Shown here one piece after another: positions 12,253-24,980 of a stretch of DNA of 64,000 nt (position 1 is its first letter; each line of letters opens with the position of its first letter). The notes under the pieces were generated by a model. It did not search any database, was not told the DNA's origin, and saw only the letters and a list, made by a program, of their open reading frames with translations. Both the position numbers and the translations under genes were made by a program. The stretch is from Camelus dromedarius (Eukaryota): contig NC_087436.1 in the NCBI RefSeq assembly GCF_036321535.1, forward strand, positions 14,570,001-14,634,000, written 5' to 3'.

Positions 12253-12490
12253 TTAAAAACAAAGCAAAACTAAACAAAACTATGTATCTTCCTGAGTACC
12301 AGATTACTGATTTTTTTTCTCTTTCCTAGCCAGATGCTTGAAATCATTACGTACGTTTGTTTCCATTTCTCGCCTTTGACTCACCTCTTCAGTTTATTCA
12401 CGCCACCAAATAGTATTTGCTAATGATACTAGTAACCTCTGTGTTAAATAAATTAAGTGGATATTTTTAGACTTACTCTCTTTTGACCTC

Positions 12491-12878
12491 TGTGTTAGTT
12501 TGCTAGGGCTGCCATGATGAAATACCACAGACTAGGTGGCAACAAAAAATGTCTCTTCTCCCAGTTCTGGAGGCCAGAAGTCCAAAGTCAAAGTGTCTAC
12601 AGGTTTGGTTTCTTCTGAGGCGTTTCTCCTTGGCTTGCAAATGGCCACCTTCTTGCTATGTCTTTTTCACATGGTCTTTCCTCTGTGGATGCACATCCTT
12701 GGTGTCTCTGCATTTCCTCTCATAAGGACACAAGTCAGTTTGGATTAGGGTGTAGGTGATTTAAAAAAAAAAATCACCTCTTTAAAGGCCCCGTTCCCAA
12801 ATACAGTCATGTTCTGAGGTGCTGCAGGTTAGAGCTTCAACATACGGAATTTAGGGGAACACAATTCAGTGTAAAACA
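12491..12878 (-). mobile_element. MLT1B-like MaLR solo LTR
   Basis: TG...CA termini, perfect 5-bp TSD acctc (12486-12490 / 12879-12883), and the motif cagttctggaggccagaagtccaaa. Confidence 0.9.
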
Positions 12879-13374
12879 ACCTCCTAGCAGCTTTTGGCAT
12901 TATTGACAACTCCTTCATATCTTTTGGGTCTGTTACTCTTTAGCTTTTTTTTTTTTTTAATAAGCTTCTCTTCTGCTTGGTTCACAAAAATTGTAATTTC
13001 TTGTGTATTGGTCCTAGGCTTCTTTCTCTTGCTTCCTTGTTCCTTCTCCCTAGGTAGTCTCACCACTTTGCTTTTCACTAATGAAGAGAATTACATGTCT
13101 GTTGCTCTAGGCCTTCCTTATCTAGGTTCCAGACTTACTTTATAACTCTACTTAGCTATCCCAGAGGCACCTCAGACAAGAGTCTAAATCTGAACTCATG
13201 ATAATCTCCATCCATGTGTTTTAACCTAGTCTACTACTCCTTGCTTGCTGTAGCCATGTCAGCCTCTTGATCCAAATGTGATATCTTTTCTTTGCTCTTG
13301 TTATTTTCTGTGTTAATATACTCCTCACTTTTCATGGAAGAAATTACCCATTTTTAATGTATGTCAAAGTTATG

Positions 13375-14270
13375 AACATTAGTCATTAAGGAAATGCAAA
13401 TAGAAACCACGAGATGGCCACTAAAACCAACTAGAAGGGCTAAAATTAAAACGACTGCAACAACAAATTTTCTAGTAACACTCCCAGAACTCCCAAAAGT
13501 TGCTAGTGTGAATATAAAATGGGAGAACAACTTTGGAAAACCATTTGGCATTTCTTATCAATTTAAGCATGCAGCGACTTTTGAATCTAGCAGTTATGCT
13601 CCTGGGTGCTTTCCCAAGAGAAACGAAAACATATGTCCACAAAAAGCCTTTTCAAGAATGTTTATAGTAGATTTATTCATTATAGCTAACAATTGGAAAC
13701 AACCCAAATGTCAATCAATGGGATAAAAAGTTTTGGTATATTCATGCATTGGAATACTACCAGTAATAAAAAGAAAGGACCATGCATGCAAATGACATGG
13801 ATGAACTTCACAAACACACTCAGAGAAAGATGCTGGCCACAGTAGGGCATTCTGTTTCTATTAGGCTCTAGAACAGGCAAAGCTAATCTTTGGTAAAAAA
13901 TAAAATAATATTGAACAGTGGTTCAGTTCTTTTGATTGTGTGGAATGCTGGTGCTTAACTGGGAAGGGATATGCGGGTGTTTTTCTGAAGTGATGAAAAT
14001 GTTGTGTCTAATAGAGTTGTGAGTTACACAAGTTTATCTGCTTGTCAAGAGTTGCATAGTTAAGAAGTGTATATGTCAATGTATGTAAATTTTACCTAAT
14101 AATATAAAAACAGCAATCGAGCTGGTGGCAGGGTATGAAGGGTATAGATGAAACAAGAATGGCAGAATGTTGATGGCTGCTGGAGTTGGATAATGAGGAC
14201 ATAGGAATTTATTATGCTATTCTGTTTATTTTGTATATGTTTGAAATTTTCCATATAAAAGTTTTTTTTT
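13375..14270 (+). mobile_element. Old L1 (L1ME/L1MC) ORF2 end and 3' UTR fragments
   Basis: ORF 13394-13726 (MQIETTR...FSRMFIVDLFIIANNWKQPKC) is the L1 ORF2 C-terminus. An L1MC-type end lies at 14140-14270. Confidence 0.8.
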
Positions 14271-14399
14271 TTTTAATCTGGAAGTTATGAGGACACAAAT
14301 AACACATGTTCTCACCACCAGCTTAATATATAAAAACCTTACCACTGTAATTCTCTTCCCTGTGAGTCACCCCGATTCCATGCCCCACCCCCCACCAAT

Positions 14400-14660
14400 G
14401 ACTATCTTGAATCCCTCTTCACTTTTAAACATTCTCCAAATTTATCAGTCTAAACGTTGCTTCCTTGGGGAAAGGTCTTTCCTGATTCAGAGCACTCACT
14501 AGGTTAAGTGCCCCTGTTGTATGCTTTCATGGCTTTTATCACAATTGTCTTTTGTTTGAGTACTTCATATTAATCTCTCCAGTAGATGAAGTTTTCAGAG
14601 GGCAGTGTGTATCTGTGTTTGGTGTGTTAGTGCCTAACATAGTAAATTAAATAATTGTGT
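14400..14660 (+). mobile_element. L2 3' end fragment
   Basis: aaggtctttccctga...agatgaagttttcagagggcagtg...tagtgcctaacatag. Confidence 0.55.
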
Positions 14661-15069
14661 TGGCGTACTTTTTCTTTTTGTAATGAAGATCTCTTAAAAA
14701 TTGGGGGGCTGTTTGCTATTACATACTTTGATTGTCAGGTCAGTATGTTTTAAAAAGTTATGAATGTGAGAGAATGATTGATAGGTAGTAATTCTTTCTG
14801 ATTTTACTGGCATCTGATAAAAAAGAAGTAATAATAATGTGTCCTTAAATGTGACACCATGTCCGAGAGGTCTGCCATTTGGTTCCCAAACGTTCCTGAG
14901 CTTTATTACGTTACTTTTTTCTTACTTGAAAGCCATGTGAGTGGAAGACCCCTTTGCGGTTTACAAAGATTATTTCTAAATATCTTTCCTTTTTCTCTTA
15001 TCTAATGTGTGTCCTCTTTTGCTTATTAGTTTTGGCATTTATCAGGGATAATGATCTTTAAGGGCTTGT

Positions 15070-16460
15070 TGTTTTCTTGTTTTTTATACTGATACTGTAT
15101 ATTTCATTTGGCATAATGGTTTCAAGGTTCATCCATATCCTAGCATATATTGTAGCTGTTAATTTTTATTTTTATTCTCTTGTAATTGGAGAAGATACTT
15201 TGTATGATTTCATTCTCTTTGAATTTTTTGGGACTTGTTTTTTGGCCTAACATACGGTCTTCCTGTAGAATGTACCCTTGAGAAGAATGTATATTCTGCT
15301 GCTATTGGGTGGAGTGTTCTGTAGATAACTGTTAGATAACTTAAGGTCGACAAGAAAAGACACTTAGACAGCAACTTGAATTCACATGAAGAAATGAGGA
15401 GAACCATTACTTTTTATTTCAACCTGAAGGACTCCCTTTGGTATTTCTTACAGAGCAAGTCTGCTAGAGATGAATTCCTGCAGTTTTTGTTTATCTAGGA
15501 ATTTCTTAGTATCTTTTTTTGTTTTGCTGGATATTCTTGGTTGACAGTGTTTTTTTTTTCTGGCATGCTGGCCTCCTTGGTTTCTGATGAGAAATTTTCT
15601 GTTGACTCTATTCAAAATCTCTTACACATGATGTGTTACTTCTTGCTGCTTTCAAGATTCTCTCTCTGGCTTTTGACAGTTTGATTATCATGTAGTGAGG
15701 TGTAGTTCTCTGAGTTTATTCTAGTTGAAATTCATTGAGCTTTTGTGTAGATTAGTGTTTTTAATCAAAATTTGGAAGTTTTTGATTATAATGTCTTGTA
15801 ATCTTCTGGAATTTTCGTTTTGTGTATGTAGATAAGCTTGATGGTGTCCCAGAGACTCTCTGAGACTCTGTTTATGTTTCTTCATTCTTCTTTCTATCCT
15901 TAGATGGATTAATCTCAATTGCCTTGTCTTCAGATTTGCTGATTATTTCTTCTGCCTGCTTAGTTCTGCTGTTGAATTCTTCTAGTGAGTTTTTCATTTC
16001 AGCTGTTGTACTTTTTAATTCCAGAATTTCTGTTTGGTTCTTTTTAAAAATTTATTTCTCTTTATTGATGTTCTCTATTTGCTCAGATACTGTTCTTTTG
16101 GCATGTTTTCCTTTAGTTCTTTGGACATATTTAAAATAGCTGGTTGAAAGTCGTTGTTTAGTAAGTCCAGTGTCTGGACTTCCATAGGGAGTTTCTATTG
16201 ACTGCTTTTTTCTCTGTGTCAAAGAGCCATACTTTCAAATTTCTTTGCATGTCTTGTAATTTTTTGTTGGAAACTGGCCATTTTAAATTGTGGCAACTCT
16301 GGAAATCAGTTTCTTCCCCCTCTCAAGATTTGTTTTTGCTATTGTTTGTTTTAAAGTGATCTTTCTCAACTAATTTTGTAAAGCCTGAGTTCTTTGTTGT
16401 CAAGCCACTGAAGTCTCTGCTGAGTTAGTTTAGTAGTCAGCTAAGAATTGAATAGAATTT
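15070..16460 (-). mobile_element. Old L1 (L1MC/L1M4-like) ORF1 + endonuclease fragments with an internal inversion
   Basis: Minus ORF 15210-15407 contains IYRTLHPIAAEYTFFS (L1 endonuclease). ORF1-like antisense sequence spans 15410-16140. Confidence 0.8.
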
Positions 16461-17559
16461 CTTGAATTCATGGAAGCAGTAGGTCTACTAGAGTGGTTGT
16501 TATGAAGTACTCAAATAAATCACAACTGTGATAAAAGCCATGAAATCACATAACATGGGTGCTTAACCTAATGAGTGTTTTGAGCTGGGAAAGACCTTTC
16601 CCCAAGGAAGCGGCATTTAGATTGATATTTGGAGAATGTTTAACAGTGAAGAGGGATTCAAGATAGTGTTTTGTGGGGGATAGGATGTAGAATCAGGGTG
16701 TGGTTCACAGGGAAGAGAATTATGTTGGTAGAGTTTTATTTATTAAGCTGATGGTGAGAACATATGTACTGTTACGTGTCTTCGTAGCTTTCAGACTAAA
16801 ACCTTTGTATGTGGAAAATTTCAGATACACACGATATAAATAGAATTGTATAATAAACTTTTTTCCTTCATGTTTTTCAGTGTAGACTGGCTTTTCCACG
16901 TGATGAGAATCCTTATCTTAGAATTTTTTCTTAGACTGTTGGCCTCTGGAGAGGTTGTGACTAATTTTTGAGCCCCAGATTAAAGCATTAATAGACTCAC
17001 TGGTATGACTTGGTCAAGTTGGACTAATTCACTGTAGTCCAGGGTCATGTAAGAATGTTGAGCTCCCAAGGTAGCTGTTGGGATGTCTGTGAAAGGAGGG
17101 TAGTTAGAATAAGAGAGAGTGTTTGGAAGAAGGCAAGGGTGCCAGGCAGACAGTACCATGGATGTTGACACTAAGGATTACAGTGGGCTGAATTTTAGGA
17201 CTTATTTTACAAATTCTAAACACAGTCTGTTGACGTTAAGTGAAACTGTTAAAATTTACCAGCAATATGACTTTACAGTACGTGAAAACTGATGTCTTTC
17301 TAATACTTTGAAGGAGTTGAAAATGCCTGACTATTATTGGAACCAATATTTTATTTATTGATACTTCTCTTTGATTGGCAATTAGTTTTAGAGAGTGCTC
17401 AAGTTAAATTAGCAGAACATGGTAGTTATATAATTATGCTGAACATGAATCACACTTGAAAATCTGGCATTCATGTACTCCTGGGATATATAACCCAAAT
17501 ACCCAAAAGCATTATGTGGTCTGAAGTTATTGAAAGTAGAAGCTTTGGGCATTCAGGCA

Positions 17560-18075
17560 TCTCAGGAGTAACCTTTCTAAAAAATCAGACCTGAGCACCA
17601 TATACCTTTCCTTACAATCTTTTAATGACTACTCATCATATAAAGTCCAAAGTCTAGAACAACACAAACATGGCCCTTCAAGAACTGACAGGCATTTCTT
17701 ATTAATTCCCTACATACATGATCCATTCTAGCCTTAGGAAATTAGTTAAAAATTTCTGAATTTACTGTAGTGTTTTCTGTGTCTGTTTTTGTATATGAGT
17801 TATTCACTAAGCCTAAGATCACTTTCCTTTATTTAGAGTCTCCTCATTGAAGGCTTTTTATTTTGTTTAAGCTCAATTAATTACATCCTTCATACTAACT
17901 ATTATATTTAGTAGTTGACACTGTTATAAGCTGCCTTATAGTAATTTTTTTAGATACCTGTTACATTCCTTAAATTGAGTTACTCAAGGGCAGAGGTTGT
18001 GTTTTAATCTTTGCAGTATCTTCCATGCCTTACTTTATTGTAGTTGATCAATTAATGCTGATTGAGTAAATGAAC
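17560..18075 (+). mobile_element. L2 3' region fragment
   Basis: tataaagtccaaagtc...tactcaagggcagaggttgtgtttt...attgagtaaatgaa. Confidence 0.55.
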
Positions 18076-19119
18076 ATTTTTGTTCTTCATTTTGAGAATA
18101 TTAGAGGGGTTGTTCCTTTAGTTGTTTATTATAAGATGTCACAGATTTCAACACAAATTGGCTCTATGAGAAAACAGAAGAGAGTAATTAAATAAAATAT
18201 AAGTAGTTTCATGCAGGAACAGTTTTCTGAAGTTGGAACTAGTATGTTACTAAATTACCTCGAGTGAAAGGTCAAATTTCTAGAATGATTTTGTTTTAGT
18301 TGTTAAAGTAAATGGCATGTAAGAGAACTTTAAGTTCATATGGCAAAAACAGAGAAAAATTGCAAAGTTAGAGTCTCTGAGGTTTCTGATGTTTCATAGA
18401 CTAACAAAAGGTTGCTTTATTAGCAGCATTAATGAACGAATTGCTTTATTGGCTTAGGCATACTGGTAGCTTTGTCGGTCCAAAGAGCTAAGAGTTCTTA
18501 TTTCAATTCATGATTATGTTAGAGTAGTGAAGTGAAAGCCGTTGACCTTCTCTTAAGCAGAAAATAGAAAGTTTTTACAAATAGATTAAAGCCTTATAAG
18601 AAATGTAATGAAGCAGTAACTTATCAAATCACTTAAAATTTGAGTTTTCAAAATCTTTTTATGTACCAATTTTACAACAGTAGTAGATTTTTATAGACTT
18701 ATTAATTAGTACTTAAAATAATAACTTTAACAATAGGATGGTTATGTAGAAGTAGGTCAAAATGATTGAAAAAAATCTATGAATTATTAGAATGGATAAA
18801 CTTTCAATTCTCCAAATGGTGATGCATATTAAGAGCAATATGAGATATACGTAGTATTAGACTTTAGAGACGGTGGCAAACCTTCCAAGTTATTTTTTGT
18901 TTAGGTAAATGAATTGCATTTTGCTTTTTAGAATCATTTTGAAAGTGTCCATTTGCTTCTGTTAATTTACATCAGAGATTAAAGTAGGAGAAGTCACCTG
19001 GAATAATGGAACTTAAGTATTGCATAGGTGTATAAGCAGGAATTATGGAACTAAGTATTGAATAGGTATATAACAGAATTCAGATTTTGTATAGCAGCAA
19101 TTTAAAATTATAAATTTCT

Positions 19120-21100
19120 GAATGATGGACTATTTAAAAATATAAAGAATACAAGGATGAATATAAAATACTCATGCATTCATACTAACCAGATTGACAA
19201 ATACTAACATTTTGCTGTAACTGTTTCAGAACTTTTAAAATAAATTAAAAATATAACTGAAAATTACTGATCTCATTCTTTTGCTGCCAAGAGGTAATTA
19301 CTAATCTGAAGGTATCTTTTAAGTTTTTTATACTTTTATGCACACATTTATATAGAAGGATAAATAGGATTGATTTGGTTTGGAAACTGTAAATAAATAG
19401 TATCATATTGTTTGCAAATGTTTATAGCTTGCTTTTTTTCACTTAGTGTTCATTTCAAGATTTTTCCATGTTGATATATGTATGTATTTAAAGTTTGCTT
19501 ATTTTAGTTTTTTCCATTATTTGTGATGTTAAGCCAGATTATTTGGTTTAGCTGGTGCTGCCAGATTTCTTTATCATAAAGATATCCTTTTCCCTTTGAT
19601 AATTAATCCATCCTTTGAGGCTGAGTTAATATTATTTCTCAATAACCTTTCACCCAATGATTTTAACATCTTTTGTTGATTTTTGCCTGAATCATTGATT
19701 ACATTGGTGCTTGAAAAATGGTAATTTTCTAGTTTATGCTTCTTCCCACATTTATTAGCTGGCAGAGCTTTTGCCTTTTTTTCGCTGTCACATGTGGGCT
19801 CATGGATTCTTCTTTTTATTCATTGGGCTACAATCCATTATTGTTATATTTCTTTTGAAGGCTCAAATTGTTAAAAATTTAGCCAATAGGAACTCATTCA
19901 ATCTGGTTTTTGTGTCTTTTTGGAATGTCCTATCATTTTAGAGCTCTTATTTACTTCCTGGCACAATAAAATGTTCTGTTCTTACCTTATGCTTTCCATA
20001 CTCCAGACCTGGAAACACCTGTTTCTTCAGGGATCCCTGTTTCTCTTGTTGGGTATTTACAAGCAACCTTGTGATTACTGGCTGTGTTCTTTACTACTGG
20101 GCGTCGGTTGCTTCTAGAGGCTCTTTCACTGGACACGGAGCAAGGAATTATACTTAAAAAGACTGCTAATATTTGTGATTCCAATCCAATACCCCAGGGT
20201 TCTTCTCCTCCTGGTCATATTTGTATCTCTACTCCCACAGTGAGGATCTTCGTTAACAATAATACCAATATACATTTATTCATTTGCTCTGTCCTATAAT
20301 ATACATGATATAATGTTGAAATTGCCATACCAATACCACTGTCAGCAATAAACCCAGTTTGTAAAGAAAGTAAGATTTCAGTGCACTTTTTTGTTCATAT
20401 GATATATCCCAGTGAAGGTTTGTATCAGAGTACTATGCTCGTAAGTTATTTTAGTTAATTATGTTTTTTATGTCACCAATTTAAATACTCAAGTTCATTT
20501 GTTTTTGTTTATATTCAGTTTTAGCCCCTTCCCATTATTGATTCAACTTATTTTTTTTAGACTAGTAAAATAGTAAAATGGCTAAAAGGCAAAGCTATAT
20601 AAAAAGGCATTCTTTAAAAATCTTATTCTCTTCTCTATCCCTTTTTTCTCTTTTCATTCACTGTGTAGGTAACCGGTTTCATTAGTTTCTGGTTTATCCT
20701 TGTATTTCCTTTTATAAAAATAAGCATGTTATGTGTTCATGCATTTCTGTTGTATATATGATTAATATTCTTATTTTATACAAACAGTATAGTATATGTA
20801 CATATTCTCTGGGTGAAGTTGAACATCAGCTTATTGAGCTGTAGGAAAACATTTGTTGATATTTTTATGTTGGTATTTAGTGTTGTTATTCATTAACTTG
20901 GGGAAAGCAAATATCTTCATGATGGTAAGCCATCCTTTCCAAAAGAATAGGGGATGTTTTTTCATTTGTTTACTTTTGTATCTTTCAGAAGTGTTTTAAA
21001 GTTTTCCTTATAGAAGTTTTACACTTTTATGTTTATTCCTAAATATTTTTATCTTTTTTGTTGTTTTTGTAAATACTGTTTTCTCTTCAGTTAAATAAGC
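19120..21100 (-). mobile_element. Old L1 (L1MC/L1ME) 3' fragments
   Basis: Antisense L1 3' UTR motifs: aacctttcacccaatgattttaacatc, ttgcctgaatcattgattac. Confidence 0.65.
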
Positions 21101-22950
21101 AATTTGAAACATTTTCCTTTTAGTAGGAAAGTTAAGCCTATTTATAATATCTTGATATGACAGTATTTCTTCTAATTGATACATTGTATTTACTGTTGTT
21201 TTATGCTATGTGTACGTTTTCCTTTCTGGGCTATTTATTTCCTTACTCTTTTTGAAAATTACTTTCTTATTTAGGAAGGTTGACATTTTTGTTTTAATGA
21301 CTAACTTTATACTAATACTTTTTGTAATAGACTGCCAATAATTGCTTTGTCTGCATTAAATAAATATCTTTTGACACTCGCTCATTACATATTCAACACC
21401 AATGAGCTGATTCTTCTGTTTTTTTTAATCTCTGTTTTCTTCACATTAAAAATAAATTCCGTTACAATTTGTTAGAGAATATAATATTTAAATACTATTC
21501 TTCTGTCCTTGTTCATACCTTTGTTTTAGTAATATATCTAAAATTAAATATATTAAATATATCCCACTGTTCAGTAAAGATTTTGCCAAAGTTTTCTGTC
21601 TTTTTTGGATGGACTGAAGCTCATTCTTTTGTAGGTTGCTCAGAATTGGGCTATGAATAATATATTCCCTGAGTTCTTGCATGTCTAAATCTGTATTTCT
21701 GTAAGTCTTGGTAGTTAATAAGATACCTGACTGGATATAAAATCCTTGGTTTATGCTTTCATTCCTTGGGTTTCTTGAAAAAGATGCTGCACTGTTGCCT
21801 CAGTTTGAATGTTGCTGTTTAGAAATCTGTTGCCAGGCTTTCTTTCTGTCCTTTGTAAGAGGCTTGGTATTTTTGTCTGGAGGCCCTATAAGTTTTTTTT
21901 CTACTTCCTTTTGAAGTTTTACTAGGCTTACGTTTTGGAGTTTTTTATTCTGGGTTTTTCCAAGTATACAGTAGGTTGTTGCTAAAATTCACGTATCTTG
22001 TGCTTCTTCCTGGCCACCACATACAAATAAACATTTATTTTTGTTTGGGAAATACTTTAAGTTATAGTTTTAAATATTAGTTCCTTTATTTTTTTTTTTG
22101 TTCTTCAGAGCTTTCAGTTATACATATGTTACAGCTTCTATACAGATCTATGTTAATAATTTTTTTCTGTGATCATTTTTTCTTGTATATTTTTATTCTC
22201 TTGGCTGTCCTTCTCTTGTTCCTTACTTTCCCTTGTATTTTCATGAGAATCCAGCCTTCCTTTTTATTACTTATTTTAAAAGTGGTTTATCTTTTTCTCC
22301 ATTTTTCCCCCTGCCTGAGTGCAGTCAATTTTTGTTTCATATCTTGTTGTGTTTTGTCCATTTCTACTTTGGATTTTTGGTTCTAGATTTGGTTCTAGAT
22401 ACAGATATATATATATGTATGTATATCTGTCTATCTATCTCCTGTTATGGATATTTAGTTTATTTTAGAGTATGATTTTACAGTTTTTTTCTGTTTTGTG
22501 GAATTTTTTCCTTCGATGAGAATTTTTGTTAACTGAAGTATTTGGACGTGGAGTGTCTATGTTCTTATAGTAGCTTTAAAAAAAAATTAGTGTTATCTGC
22601 TATCTCTGTTCATTTCCTGGCTCAGCATTATAAGTTGTGTGTAGGAAGGGTGAGAGATTTGCTTGGTTTATAATGTTTCCTGTTCAAGAACTTTCTTTTT
22701 TGTTGGCATGGTGAAGTACACTTTCTTTAACCTACAAGTTGTTTTGTTTTCTTGTTTTTGGTGTTTTGGTCTGAGAGGGGTTAGAGGGAAGGGGATGTAT
22801 ATTGTACAAATTTTGAAATTCTTTTTTGTTTTTGCAGAACATTTAGTGTCCACCCTTTGCTTCCTTTTTTTCCCTTCACCAGCAAGCTTCTAAGGGATAC
22901 CCCATCCAGATTATCTCACTGTCTCCCAGAAGTGTTGCCTTCCTGGGATT
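21100..22950 (-). mobile_element. HAL1-like (L1 ORF1-only) relic
   Basis: ctggatataaaatccttgg...ttgctgtttagaaatctgttgcc resembles HAL1 in antisense; boundaries approximate. Confidence 0.55.
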
Positions 22951-23195
22951 GCCATCTCTGATCCTGTTAGATATTCAGAACTTTTGTAAAGTGGCCATTA
23001 AAGACAGCTTAAATGATGGGTTAAAAAGATCATTGCTACAGTTCTATCAGTTATGAATGAAAACTACATAATTGTTTAGTAATTATCATAAATGTCCATT
23101 GTGGTCATATTTAAAGGAAGACCAGACACTACTTTTAATTATTTCCTAATTGAAAAGCTATTATTTTGACAACTTTTGTTAAAAGTATTAGAAAT

Positions 23196-23223
23196 ACACA
23201 CACACACAAACACACACACACAC
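23196..23223. repeat. (CA)n microsatellite
   Basis: Direct reading; one interruption. Confidence 0.9.
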
Positions 23224-23679
23224 CCCTCTATATATGTTTATATTCAGTCATTATGAACTTATATTTTCTGTCATTATGAACTTAACATTGAAGGAAAAAT
23301 ATACCTTATGAACTAGTATTAATTGATTTTACTTCCCACTTTGTTAGTTTCTTGAATTTTTAAAGAAATTTGTGAGGTCCTGATTTAATTTAAATAGGAA
23401 CTTTAAATATTTGGCTGTTTAAAGTATTTGTCCATTAGGGGACATAGTAAAGTCTATTTTGTTTATATTGTCTTGATTTTCTAAGGTCTTGCTTTTTGTT
23501 GCATTTAGTGGTGTGGTCTAGTATGGTCTAGTCTGTTAAAGGGAGAGTCACGTACTAATAGGATAGACACTGTTTATCAGAGCATCAGTTTTACTTAAAG
23601 AGTTGGACAAAAGAAATGAAAGAAAATATTTTAACTTTTTATAAGATTGGCCCTTAAATCCTAAATACTTTGTAGCCAG

Positions 23680-23830
23680 TGGGGTAATAGGAAAGGATAC
23701 TGGGATTCAGAATACTTGGTTCTAGATCCCTGCCTTTTACTAACTACGTATATTATTTCAAATAAATCCTTTGGGGCTTTTGTTTTCCCCATTTGTTAAA
23801 TAGTGTTGATAGATTTGATTTTGTAGAACC
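23680..23830 (+). mobile_element. MIR fragment
   Basis: ttggttctagatccctgccttttactaactacg...gttttccccatttgttaaa. Confidence 0.55.
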
Positions 23831-24802
23831 TTTCTTTTTTTCCCCTCAGTTATTGTAACATTCTTTTACTTATTTTTTTTTTTAAACTCAGTTTGAACAG
23901 TATAGTCTTAGGGATTATGTGAGATGTTAGGACTCCATAAGGTTTTAATTTATTGCAGAATTTGCCAGTTGCAGATACCAAGGTGGGCAGTAGTTTATGT
24001 TTTTCTAGGTAAAGTGTTTTGTTTTAAGGGATTTAGAATTCTCACAGTGGTTGTATGTCACTGCAGTAAGATGATCAGCTGGGGCTTGTGTTGATTTAAG
24101 GAGTATGAAGGCGGTAGTGAAATATATGACACAGGCTTACTGAGAAGTATGTTGTAAAAATTGGTAATTAACAAGAATTTTGAGGAATTTAGAAATATTT
24201 TTAAGGTTTGTGGAAATATTGAAGAAAAATGATGAGAGCATACTTTATAAAGGTGTAATTGTGTAGTGAAAAGGATTATAAGAATGCAGATAAGTTGTAC
24301 TGAAACTTATGTTCTGTAGTGTTTTGGTAACTAGGGCAAATAAGATATTTTAAAAGTACCATGAGTTTCTTTTTTAATTTGTTGGTAGTGTTTATGAGAC
24401 TGTCATCAGAACATTGAGGGATTCCTTTCAAAATGTTTGAGGTACTGTGTAAGCATTCATTTGCAGTTTTGTAGGAATGAGGCAAGAAGCTTGAGAGGGT
24501 GAATACTGAGTGCTGTGCCTTCTTTGTTAAAGAAATAGAAATGCAGCATGAGATTTTTAAAGTAAAAATTTACATCTTTTATAAAAAATTCTGTTAGTGT
24601 GAAGTTTTTCGAAGACATGTGAAGTATAAAATAGGATTCAGTTCCCTATAAGGTAGGGTAAACTGTTCATTTGGAGTGGGTTGATTTGTGGAATATTGTA
24701 ATTAGGCTAAATTGAATGGGTGATGGGCAGTTTGAGAAGTGATTTCCAATGCTTTGTTCCAGATAATTCAAGATCTGATATTGGTGTAACAGCTGACAAC
24801 TC

Positions 24803-24980
24803 TTTTTTTTTTTTTAATTGGAGTATACTTGATTTATAATATTGTGTTAATTTCTGGTATATAGCTTAGTGATTCATTTATACATACTATGTCTTCCTTT
24901 TTCTATTCTTTTTCATTATAGGTCATTACAAGGTGTTGAATATAGTTCCCTGTGCTATATGTAGGACCTTGTTGTTTATC
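24803..24980 (-). mobile_element. Short 5'-truncated cetartiodactyl L1 3' end
   Basis: poly(T) followed by aattggagtatacttgatttataatattgtg...gaatatagttccctgtgctata. Perfect TSD acaactc (24796-24802 / 24981-24987). Confidence 0.9.

Larger units (their letters stand above)
10380..13300 (+). mobile_element. Long L2 ORF2 relic, interrupted by L1, two SINEs and MLT1B
   Basis: ctgggtaatttcagcatccacatggatgat translates as LGNFSIHMDD (L2/CR1 endonuclease GDFNIH motif). RT-region motifs cttttgacctc...gcagcttttggcattattgac flank the MLT1B. Confidence 0.7.
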
